A stretch of 34,052 nucleotides of DNA, taken from a virus. Lineage: Duplodnaviria > Caudoviricetes. Below, in pieces: positions 17,019-24,174 of the stretch; positions within the stretch are counted from its first letter, which is position 1, and the number at the start of each line of letters is the position of its first letter. A program made the position numbers and the translations under genes. Below the pieces are notes generated by a model. The model was given only the letters and a program-made list of their open reading frames with translations, searched no databases and was not told the origin of the DNA. The stretch covers positions 1 through 34,052 of IMG/VR virus record IMGVR_UViG_3300037516_000265; one strand, written 5' to 3'.

Positions 17019-18137
17019 TCAGAATAAAGTGGTTAAACGTGCAACTTGTCCATGTGTTTTGTGAAATATAAACCCCTCGATTGCTAGTGGTGAATGTTGA
17101 TATCCTGATTTGTGATGCCAACTATCTGCAGGAGATGGTGATCGTAGGGATTCAATCTGTACACTCATTACATCTTTGCTTGTTTTGTGGTGTACGTGGT
17201 GAGTAAACCAGTATCTATGCTTGCAATCGTGCCAATGTTGACTAGCTTCGTGGCACATTAATAGTGGAAGGTCTGTTTGTTTAGCTCCGTCTCCATGCGT
17301 TGTACCTATTAAGTTCTTTCCGTATACCGAATACTTTCGATGTGCTGGTGAACGATTAAATGTAATGTTTGGATGCTCGTTATACCATGAATAGATACTA
17401 TCCATTAGAAAGAACCCACTCATCTCGTCGTGGTTGGATACATTATATACAACTTCTAGGTCTGCAATAGCTACGAGTGTACTAATAATGTCAATATATA
17501 ATTGCTTTGCCATTAGAAATGCATCGAACCACTTCATGTGTGTATCTTGCTGAGTTCCCTTTGTTGTTTGATTTCGCGTGTTATCCGTGTTTAAAACATC
17601 GTTACCTACAATAAGTATTATCTTATCTATATTAAAGCCCTTAGACTTGCTTATAATCGATGATACGCCATCTCTGACACGTTGTACAGCAATCTGTGAA
17701 TTGTATTCCTCACCTGTTTCAAATGCAGAACATAGCTTATTCACGTGGATGTCGGCTGGATCGATTAGTAAGCAATGCGATTCTTCCTCTGAATCCGTTC
17801 GAATTATCTGAATGTAGTTTGGTTTAATATCCTTAACCGATGCAATAAAGTCTTCCTTAAAGTCTTCGTACTTGAACGTATCCGTTTCGCCTTTTACGTT
17901 GATGGAATAGTGCTTACCTTTATACCAATAATTCTTTATTTTATCAGGATCTATTCCTACGGCTTCACATTCATCAAATACACCTTTGTTTTTCTCTTTG
18001 TTTATGATTTCGGAAGTTCTTCTGCGTTTGCTATCCGTAAATTCAATGTTGTTTTCTTTGCAGATTTTCTTTGCTATGTCAGCGATAGGTAATCCTGACT
18101 TGTATAGACTTAGCATTTGGTCCTTGTATTGCTTCAT
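17019..18137 (-). CDS. Calcineurin-like metallophosphoesterase with N-terminal HTH-like region
   Basis: ADIH, GND, SNHD, HGD, HHVHH metal-binding motifs. Confidence 0.85.
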   Translation of the reverse strand: MKQYKDQMLSLYKSGLPIADIAKKICKENNIEFTDSKRRRTSEIINKEKNKGVFDECEAVGIDPDKIKNYWYKGKHYSINVKGETDTFKYEDFKEDFIASVKDIKPNYIQIIRTDSEEESHCLLIDPADIHVNKLCSAFETGEEYNSQIAVQRVRDGVSSIISKSKGFNIDKIILIVGNDVLNTDNTRNQTTKGTQQDTHMKWFDAFLMAKQLYIDIISTLVAIADLEVVYNVSNHDEMSGFFLMDSIYSWYNEHPNITFNRSPAHRKYSVYGKNLIGTTHGDGAKQTDLPLLMCHEASQHWHDCKHRYWFTHHVHHKTSKDVMSVQIESLRSPSPADSWHHKSGYQHSPLAIEGFIFHKTHGQVARLTTLF

Positions 18138-18144
18138 GCTTAAT

Positions 18145-18167
18145 TAACTAACAATTTAATTAATTGT
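18145..18167 (-). promoter_or_regulatory. ACAAW-N13-AGTTA motif 7 nt before ATG
   Basis: ACAAT-TAATTAAATTGTT-AGTTA-ATTAAGC-ATG, directly after a terminator. Confidence 0.7.
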
Positions 18168-18174
18168 TTTGCAT

Positions 18175-18199
18175 AAAAAAACCAACTATATTAGTTGGT
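18175..18199 (-). terminator. Rho-independent terminator
   Basis: ACCAACTA-ATA-TAGTTGGT followed by a T run. Confidence 0.75.
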
Positions 18200-18423
18200 C
18201 ATTTTCTTAACATGTATTTAATTGGATTAATATTGACAAAGGTAAATTTATTATCTATTCTTTGCATTATACCTTTATATTTTTTCATTCGTTTGTAACA
18301 GCATATTCTACATTCTATTGTCACACCTTTATCTGCTTCACGTGTGTATTTAGATGTATTTACATGAAACATTATTAATGGATATGTTTTCTTACATCCA
18401 AAACATTTTTTTGTGCTTATCAT
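18199..18423 (-). CDS. Small CxxC...CxxC zinc-finger protein
   Basis: KKCFGCKK...F...ECRICC. Confidence 0.75.
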   Translation of the reverse strand: MISTKKCFGCKKTYPLIMFHVNTSKYTREADKGVTIECRICCYKRMKKYKGIMQRIDNKFTFVNINPIKYMLRK

Positions 18424-18935
18424 AACAAATTAATTAACGCTTGGTTATATGCACGACTTGCTTCTAATTCATTAGTAAAATATCCTAAATGATTTAATTT
18501 ATTTTTTATTTTTATGTAAGAAATCCATTTTTTAGCCTTTTTATTCCATGATACACCTATATACATTGAAGATTTAAATTTTTGAGATTTCCCAACGTTA
18601 AATCTATTCGATACAATCTGTAAATTTTCTAATTTATTATCTGATTTATTTTCATTTATGTGGTCAACTACTAAGTTATGACCACATACAATATGGTTTA
18701 AAAAAGCCATTGCAACTAATTGGTGAGTTTTAAATTCTTTTCTGATTCCGTCTTTAGTTAAAGTAACTCTTAAATATCCAAATTTATTAAAATGTTGCTT
18801 AATCATTTTTTCTTTGCTTACTCTATCTCCATTGCCAGTTATTATTACTCTTGACAATGATTTAACGTTACCTAAGTTGCTTACTTGATATATTCCCTCG
18901 TATGTAGGTATATCCTTCCAAATTTCTTCTTGCAT
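18420..18935 (-). CDS. NUMOD4-HNH-AP2 homing endonuclease
   Basis: EIWKDIPTYEGIYQVSNLGNVKS, VDHINENKSDNKLENLQ, YIGVSW..W...HLGYFTNELEASRAY. Confidence 0.92.
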   Translation of the reverse strand: MQEEIWKDIPTYEGIYQVSNLGNVKSLSRVIITGNGDRVSKEKMIKQHFNKFGYLRVTLTKDGIRKEFKTHQLVAMAFLNHIVCGHNLVVDHINENKSDNKLENLQIVSNRFNVGKSQKFKSSMYIGVSWNKKAKKWISYIKIKNKLNHLGYFTNELEASRAYNQALINLL

Positions 18936-18937
18936 AA

Positions 18938-19030
18938 TTTACGTTTTTATTCACGTTGTTAAAAAAGAATGGAGCAGGAACGTGAACCTTTTGCATAAGA
19001 CCGCTAAGCCTTAACTCCATCGCAAATATA
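18938..19030 (-). ncRNA. Structured 5' leader C: three-way-junction RNA whose loop is complementary to two sites before the HNH start
   Basis: TATATTTG; ATGGAGT/GCTCCAT closing stem; TAAGGC[TTAGCG]GTCTTA; AGG[TTCACGTT]CCT; T run; then AACGTGAA and AACGTAAA just before ATG. Confidence 0.65.
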
Positions 19031-19035
19031 CTAAA

Positions 19036-19305
19036 TTATAATGAATTATATATCGCTTTTTCTTGTAAACTTAAATCTTCATATCTTGCACAAAATCCAC
19101 GCAACATATTTTCCTCTGTGTCGTAAGCTGCTGTCTTGCTTCCTAACACCGCTTTAGAACTAATGTTATACTCACGTTCATTTTCTAGTTTTAAGTTCGC
19201 TAAATAGCCCACAGATACCTTATACTTCTTTTTTAATCGATATGCCGAATAGAACATTACGTTCCATTTTATTTCAGCTCTTAATTCTTTACTAATACCT
19301 GCCAT
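19036..19305 (-). CDS. Hypothetical protein (89 aa), possible HTH
   Basis: ORF track; SAYRLKKKYKVSVGYL is HTH-like. Confidence 0.7.
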   Translation of the reverse strand: MAGISKELRAEIKWNVMFYSAYRLKKKYKVSVGYLANLKLENEREYNISSKAVLGSKTAAYDTEENMLRGFCARYEDLSLQEKAIYNSL

Positions 19306-19352
19306 GCGATTACTATTATTATTACTACTAATATTATTTTTGCTAATTTCAT
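19281..19352 (-). CDS. Tiny single-TM peptide (23 aa)
   Basis: MKLAKIILVVIIIVIAWQVLVKN; ATGA-coupled to the upstream ORF. Confidence 0.5.
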   Translation of the reverse strand: MKLAKIILVVIIIVIAWQVLVKN

Positions 19353-19489
19353 AAACTTGTATAGTATTGTATACGATCCTGTGGAAAAACTTTCTTTTTA
19401 GCGTCTTTTAATCTTTTTTTGATTTTACGCTCTTCTTCTATTTTTATGATTATGTAATAAATTACACCACCTAATATTAATTCAATCAT
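19349..19489 (-). CDS. Small membrane-anchored basic protein (46 aa)
   Basis: MIELILGGVIYYIIIKIEEERKIKKRLKDAKKKVFPQDRIQYYTSL; fills the gap. Confidence 0.6.
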   Translation of the reverse strand: MIELILGGVIYYIIIKIEEERKIKKRLKDAKKKVFPQDRIQYYTSL

Positions 19490-19494
19490 GATTT

Positions 19495-19725
19495 CTAGTT
19501 TTTAAATTGTTCAAGCCATATTTTCAATAAGTCTGCTTTACTTTTATCTTCTTTTCTATTAGACCACTTAGCAAATTTAATCATATCATCTTCACTATAC
19601 ATTCTTTCAGCTTTTTCTTTTTTTTCCATTTCTTTTGCGCGGTTAAAAATCTTTTGTTTTACACTCCAACTCGAAGTATCGTATTTTATTAGTTTGTTCC
19701 AAAACCATTCTATTGACGAATCCAT
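19495..19725 (-). CDS. Hypothetical protein (76 aa)
   Basis: SSIEWF...AKEMEK...ERMYSEDDM...WLEQFKN. Confidence 0.75.
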   Translation of the reverse strand: MDSSIEWFWNKLIKYDTSSWSVKQKIFNRAKEMEKKEKAERMYSEDDMIKFAKWSNRKEDKSKADLLKIWLEQFKN

Positions 19726-19988
19726 TATTTACTACCGAATAAATTTTCAAAATAATTATCTTCTTCATATTTTTTTTCACATTCTGCTTTATCATCATTT
19801 TGTCCTGGGTAATAATAATCTACACTATTTACCATTCCCGTTACAAATGCCGATTTTATAAACGCTTCAAATAACATTTCTGCTTTTTGATATGAGTTTA
19901 ATTTATCTCCATCAATTTTAATTCTAAAATCTTTACCAAATAAATCATTCATTAAGATTTCTACTGGTGTTTCTCTAAATTTGCTCAT
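19725..19988 (-). CDS. Hypothetical protein (87 aa)
   Basis: ORF track; coupled. Confidence 0.7.
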   Translation of the reverse strand: MSKFRETPVEILMNDLFGKDFRIKIDGDKLNSYQKAEMLFEAFIKSAFVTGMVNSVDYYYPGQNDDKAECEKKYEEDNYFENLFGSK

Positions 19989-20266
19989 AATTCTTTAAAT
20001 TCTTTTTCTAATTCTTTTATTTTATAATTTATTTCTTCTTCCATTTCATTAATTACAACATCAATTTTATCTTTGAATAGTTCTTTTATTTCATTAGCAC
20101 CGTTAAGACTTATTGAAATATCGTTACGTGATACCATCAACTGTAATTTAAAATCTTCTCGATTTCTTCTTTCTTTATATTCAAAACACAAAGAGTTTAG
20201 TACTCTTTTTAATTTTTCTATTTCTCCAACTAAAGCAGATGCTTCATTAAATCTTTCAATTTTCAT
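19985..20266 (-). CDS. Hypothetical coiled-coil protein
   Basis: Start MKIERFNEAS (20266) preferred over 20329, which overlaps the upstream gene. Confidence 0.7.
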   Translation of the reverse strand: MKIERFNEASALVGEIEKLKRVLNSLCFEYKERRNREDFKLQLMVSRNDISISLNGANEIKELFKDKIDVVINEMEEEINYKIKELEKEFKEL

Positions 20267-20270
20267 ACTT

Positions 20271-20483
20271 TTAATTATTATAAGCGTTATAGTAAATATC
20301 ATAATTATATACCTTGTTTGCTTTATCAACTAATATAGTTGAAATCGCTAAACTTTTACTGTCACCTAATCTAACTAAACAATTAAAATCTTGCAATTCT
20401 TTTTTACCCTCCCAAGAAAAAAGAATATTTTCAATTTGTTGTTCTGTTAATTCAGATGCTAATTTATAAGTCTCGTTTTCCAT
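20271..20483 (-). CDS. Hypothetical early protein
   Basis: Start MENETYK (20483) lies just downstream of the promoter at 20504-20511. Confidence 0.7.
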   Translation of the reverse strand: MENETYKLASELTEQQIENILFSWEGKKELQDFNCLVRLGDSKSLAISTILVDKANKVYNYDIYYNAYNN

Positions 20484-20503
20484 ATTTTCTCTGTTTGTTT
20501 CTA

Positions 20504-20531
20504 CAAATATAATGCTTTTATTATAATAAAA
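20504..20531 (-). promoter_or_regulatory. Bacteroidota -7 box TATATTTG with a perfect 16-bp palindrome TTTTATTATAATAAAA
   Basis: Follows the lysis-module terminator and heads the early small-gene cluster. Confidence 0.7.
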
Positions 20532-20555
20532 TAACAATTCAAGAAAAAAAGTTAT

Positions 20556-20586
20556 AAAAAAAACGCAACCCTTTTAAAGATTGCGT
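20556..20586 (-). terminator. Rho-independent terminator after the endolysin
   Basis: ACGCAATC-TTTAAAAG-GGTTGCGT followed by a T run. Confidence 0.8.
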
Positions 20587-20609
20587 CTAATATGCTGTTA
20601 TGTAAGGTG

Positions 20610-21101
20610 TTATATTTTTGGATAAGTTAATCCGTTTACGTCTTTGAAGCTATCTCCTGTGTCTAGTTTACGTTTTAAACTTTGCCACGTGTGACCAAAT
20701 GCCTTTTGAAAGTGTGGATAGTCTTTGAATGATTTCCAACTTCCGCCCCATTCATAACCTTTAGATTGAAAATAGTCTACTACTACTTTATGGTATGGTG
20801 ACTTCAAATCCCATTCGATAGTTTCAAAAGTGCCGTTATTGTCTTTATCTAACATAATAACGTAATCAAATGCTAAAGAATAGTTATGTATCGATTGACC
20901 TCCTTTAGCGTTCGTTACTTTAGGTCTTTGGTTGTATAGTACGTTTTGTTCCGCAATACTTCGGTAAACGTACGCAAAACGCAATCTAACACCTTTCGGC
21001 AACTTATTATTACATTCGATGTAATATTGCTTTAACTCTTCCCTAATCTTTGGATGAGCCTGTGCTATTCGATCAATCGTTAGCTTGTCCATTGTCTTCA
21101 A
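20610..21101 (-). CDS. Endolysin, M15 family Zn peptidase (L-Ala-D-Glu peptidase-like)
   Basis: YRSIAEQNVLY, SIHNYSLAFD, WGGSW..FKDYPHFQ. Confidence 0.9.
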   Translation of the reverse strand: MKTMDKLTIDRIAQAHPKIREELKQYYIECNNKLPKGVRLRFAYVYRSIAEQNVLYNQRPKVTNAKGGQSIHNYSLAFDYVIMLDKDNNGTFETIEWDLKSPYHKVVVDYFQSKGYEWGGSWKSFKDYPHFQKAFGHTWQSLKRKLDTGDSFKDVNGLTYPKI

Positions 21102-21273
21102 TTGCTAAGTGAGAAATACTTTTGATTGTAGCTCCTGCCGTTAATAATACACCGCCTACGATTGGCAGTGGAGTTACTAATACACCTCCTACGATTGTAA
21201 GTGCTACACCTACTTTTCCAACTTTCACCCAAAAGCGTGGACGCGGAGATTTAATTCTATCTAATAATTTCAT
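21073..21273 (-). CDS. Holin-like small membrane protein
   Basis: 66 aa, basic N-terminus, two short hydrophobic segments, overlaps the endolysin start. Confidence 0.65.
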   Translation of the reverse strand: MKLLDRIKSPRPRFWVKVGKVGVALTIVGGVLVTPLPIVGGVLLTAGATIKSISHLAIEDNGQAND

Positions 21274-21275
21274 AT

Positions 21276-21890
21276 TTATTTTGTTGTTAAAATTGTACCT
21301 ATTTCGTTTGTTAAGCTCTTAAATTCGTGGTAATCAAATTCTCCTTGATATTCTTCCTTTACAAAATCTAAACCTATATAAGCTACGAAATTACCATCTA
21401 GAAAATAAGGTGCTATATATAGACTTTTTATCCCTTGTTTTTTTAATGCAATCTTTGTGCTAGTTTCCTTTATATTGTCTATGCATTGGTATTGTAACCT
21501 ATCTAGTAATATCTGCTGTAAGAATACAGGGAATAGACTAACGGGTAAGTTTTGTAAGTTAGCGGCTTCAGAAGATATTCCGTTAGCACACACTTCAAAA
21601 CTCATTGACTGATGGTTACGGTGATTGCCATCGTAGTACATAATTGAGTTATGAAATTGGAATATGTAAGCCCTATCTGCTTTATATCTTAATATAAGGT
21701 CATTTAGCATTTGTTGTACTAGAACGTTATTGTTAATGTCTTTCTTAACCTCGTCTACCTTTACTTTGGATTCCACTACTTCCGTAATCAAAGCCTTGTA
21801 ATGAAAAAGTATAAACGCGATTAATAGAACAATAACAACTAGTGTTTTCATTTTGCGTATCTGCTCTAATATCGACCTTACCTCGTTCAT
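21276..21890 (-). CDS. Single-TM protein with GAF-like C-terminal domain; T4 gpT-like holin candidate
   Basis: TM TLVVIVLLIAFILFHY; ADRAYIFQF...GIKSLYIAPYFLDGNFVAYIGLDF is GAF-like; located in the lysis module. Confidence 0.55.
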   Translation of the reverse strand: MNEVRSILEQIRKMKTLVVIVLLIAFILFHYKALITEVVESKVKVDEVKKDINNNVLVQQMLNDLILRYKADRAYIFQFHNSIMYYDGNHRNHQSMSFEVCANGISSEAANLQNLPVSLFPVFLQQILLDRLQYQCIDNIKETSTKIALKKQGIKSLYIAPYFLDGNFVAYIGLDFVKEEYQGEFDYHEFKSLTNEIGTILTTK

Positions 21891-22123
21891 TATATAAACT
21901 CAGTTACTACAGGGTTGTAATCTATTTCAGGAAGTGTCAATAACCATGCATCGCAAGGTATAGATTCAGCTTGTTGTAATGTACATCCGTTTACTTCTTC
22001 ATTTGATATAAACCATACCTCATTTGCATCTAGTTGAGGATTGAATAATTGACCTTGAAAACCCCATACTTTTCCTGCAAGGATATTCTTTTGTTCTAAT
22101 GTTAATTGTCTTACTTTAGTCAT
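21890..22123 (-). CDS. Small protein following the LamG gene (possible fibre chaperone)
   Basis: FNPQLDANEVWFISNEE...WLLTLPEIDYNP. Confidence 0.7.
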   Translation of the reverse strand: MTKVRQLTLEQKNILAGKVWGFQGQLFNPQLDANEVWFISNEEVNGCTLQQAESIPCDAWLLTLPEIDYNPVVTEFI

Positions 22124-22125
22124 AA

Positions 22126-22872
22126 TTAATAAGGATAAAATTTACCAGTTCCTGCGTTATATAATGTTGTTACTTCTGTTGCTGTTAATTCTTTGTTCCA
22201 AATGTTTAACTCGTCTAGCCTCGAACCATTACTTGCATAATATTGAACTAAATTTAAATATGTTGGCCCGTAATTAGTAGCTCCAATTGACGGAGTCATT
22301 GTTGCGTGATAATTTGGATTTTGAACATTTGAATTAGAAGCTACCAAAGTGCCATTAATATACATTTTAGTTCCTGTTGATAATTTTCTAGTTATAACTA
22401 TATTATTCCAACTATTAAACAAACTTCCGGTAACGTAATTTAAGTCCACACTTCCACTATTATTTGCAATCTTAAAAATTAGTGAGTTGTTGTAATAGTA
22501 TAATAAATAACCATATGCATAGACTCCGTCATAAGTAAAATTTCCAAATATTGTTTGAAAATCAAATGTATTTCCTGAAAAGTTTGACCATACATTAATA
22601 GAGAAATCACCAGTAAATTTAAATTGATTAGTAGGTAAACTAACATAAGCATTTGTGGCGTTAAAAACATAAGCATTTCCACTCTTACCTGCACTATAAG
22701 TTAATCCACCTTGTGCCGTTCCATTGTATGTCGCTAGTGAATCGTTTGCGTTTGATTCAGCTTTATATACGGCATATAAACTAGTGTTAAGTGGATTACT
22801 ACTCCCACCTTTCATAACAGTAGCCTTTAACGTTGGAACGTGATTATTAAGAATTCCGTATCCGTAGAACAT
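22126..22872 (-). CDS. LamG/concanavalin-A-like domain virion protein (putative adhesin)
   Basis: FSINVW, WNNIVIT, KMYING, RLDELNIWNKELTATEVTTLYN. Confidence 0.85.
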   Translation of the reverse strand: MFYGYGILNNHVPTLKATVMKGGSSNPLNTSLYAVYKAESNANDSLATYNGTAQGGLTYSAGKSGNAYVFNATNAYVSLPTNQFKFTGDFSINVWSNFSGNTFDFQTIFGNFTYDGVYAYGYLLYYYNNSLIFKIANNSGSVDLNYVTGSLFNSWNNIVITRKLSTGTKMYINGTLVASNSNVQNPNYHATMTPSIGATNYGPTYLNLVQYYASNGSRLDELNIWNKELTATEVTTLYNAGTGKFYPY

Positions 22873-22873
22873 A

Positions 22874-23143
22874 CTACCCTAAAATAAGATTTACCGAACC
22901 GCTTGTTAAGTCAACACCGCTGAATAATACACCTTGACCTGTAATCAAAGCACCAGCTTTTACGGCAGTACCTGGAGTAGTAATATAAGTAGATTTAACG
23001 TCTACACCACCAACTTTAATTGATGCAAATACCGTATCTTCTAACACAAAAATCCCTGCAATTGTAGCAGTTACTTCCGTTGTATCATTCACTAATTTAG
23101 TTCCTTTCGTAGCAACTAATCTATCTAAATTTGGTAAACTCAT
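22874..23143 (-). CDS. Small beta-rich structural protein
   Basis: 89 aa, Thr/Gly/Val-rich; FSGVDLTSGSV. Confidence 0.65.
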   Translation of the reverse strand: MSLPNLDRLVATKGTKLVNDTTEVTATIAGIFVLEDTVFASIKVGGVDVKSTYITTPGTAVKAGALITGQGVLFSGVDLTSGSVNLILG

Positions 23144-23145
23144 AT

Positions 23146-23601
23146 CTATTTTATTATTTTGATTTCTAATGTAGCAAGGTCTAGTAATGAATCGGTAAGA
23201 GTACCTGTCGTACTATCTGCAGTGTAAAAAACTATCTCTGTTGTGGAAGTTTTATAAGCACCAACATTAGCACCCGAACCACTGCCACCTAACGATATAT
23301 TTATAAATGTTTTACTATCTGTGAATAAAGCGCTGGATGCCGTTATTGTATATTCCCCTACAGCAGACCTTGCAAGTGTAAATGTTTGTGTCACTTCTGT
23401 TTCATAGCTCCAGTCTTTAGTTGGAGCAGATGTTCCCGTTTGTGTTAATGCAAATAAGATAGTTTTGTATGGTCTTATCTCCGCACCTGTAACAGACTTA
23501 GTATCGTATGTAGCTCCGTTGTAATCGGAAATCATTACCAAGTCACTATCTTCTAATTGTGATGCTTTCGGTGTTAGTTCGCTTATCTTTTTGTTTGCCA
23601 T
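23146..23601 (-). CDS. Fibre-like minor structural protein
   Basis: MANKKISELT N-terminus; LTQTGTSAPT...ARSAVGEY; Thr/Ser-rich. Confidence 0.65.
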   Translation of the reverse strand: MANKKISELTPKASQLEDSDLVMISDYNGATYDTKSVTGAEIRPYKTILFALTQTGTSAPTKDWSYETEVTQTFTLARSAVGEYTITASSALFTDSKTFINISLGGSGSGANVGAYKTSTTEIVFYTADSTTGTLTDSLLDLATLEIKIIK

Positions 23602-23677
23602 CTTTATTTATCTTCTTTAGATATAACTCTAATTTAATTACATTGTTTTGTTTAGGCTTGTATACCTCTCTAATCAT
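23546..23677 (-). CDS. Small basic hypothetical protein (43 aa)
   Basis: MIREVYKPKQNNVIKLELYLKKINKDGKQKDKRTNTESITIRR; ATGA-coupled to the upstream gene. Confidence 0.55.
   Translation of the reverse strand: MIREVYKPKQNNVIKLELYLKKINKDGKQKDKRTNTESITIRR
23624..23646 (-). promoter_or_regulatory. ACAAW-N13-AGTTA motif
   Basis: ACAAT-GTAATTAAATTAG-AGTTA, 22 nt before the ATG at 23601. Confidence 0.5.
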
Positions 23678-24174
23678 ATATACCAATTTGATAAGTAATT
23701 CTTCTTTTGTGGCAAAACATCGCCGTTTGTGTTGGTTTGATATTCAGGAAATAATGCTTCGTTATCACATATATAATCCAAGAATCTTTGCGCGTAATTT
23801 TCTGCAATACGTTTCTCTTTTTCAACCAAATAATCTACCTCTTCTTTGCTTACTACTTCTGCATTCTCAGAACTATGCTTATACAATCCTTTATTAGAAA
23901 TCGAATAAGCTGCGAATGGTAAATATTCTACCATCGTAAAGTGGATCAACATCGGTTTTAAATATGTATTTACCAATGTCGCATAGTTACCCGTTAACGT
24001 ACTTGCTGAAATATCACTTTTAATCTTAGTCATTAAGTCAGTGCCCACGTATTGTAACACCCAAATATCTTGTGCTATCTTTATAAATGGTATTATCTTG
24101 TCAGAATCTACATTAGCATTTAATGCCGTGTACGCTTGTAAATCTGCTTTTCCTATTAGTAATGCTTCTGCCAT
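23674..24174 (-). CDS. Putative head-tail adaptor protein
   Basis: 166 aa helical protein directly after the portal (TAATG-coupled). Confidence 0.55.
   Translation of the reverse strand: MAEALLIGKADLQAYTALNANVDSDKIIPFIKIAQDIWVLQYVGTDLMTKIKSDISASTLTGNYATLVNTYLKPMLIHFTMVEYLPFAAYSISNKGLYKHSSENAEVVSKEEVDYLVEKEKRIAENYAQRFLDYICDNEALFPEYQTNTNGDVLPQKKNYLSNWYI

Noticed and set aside
18969-19020. tRNA gene
   Set aside because: Only ~52 nt with no anticodon arm and a non-canonical T loop; reported as a regulatory RNA candidate instead
22479-22694. 71-aa alternative-frame ORF inside the LamG gene
   Set aside because: Fully nested, no slippery site or start context seen, composition typical of an off-frame read
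22126-22872. Diversity-generating retroelement target
   Set aside because: No reverse transcriptase and no template/variable repeat pair seen
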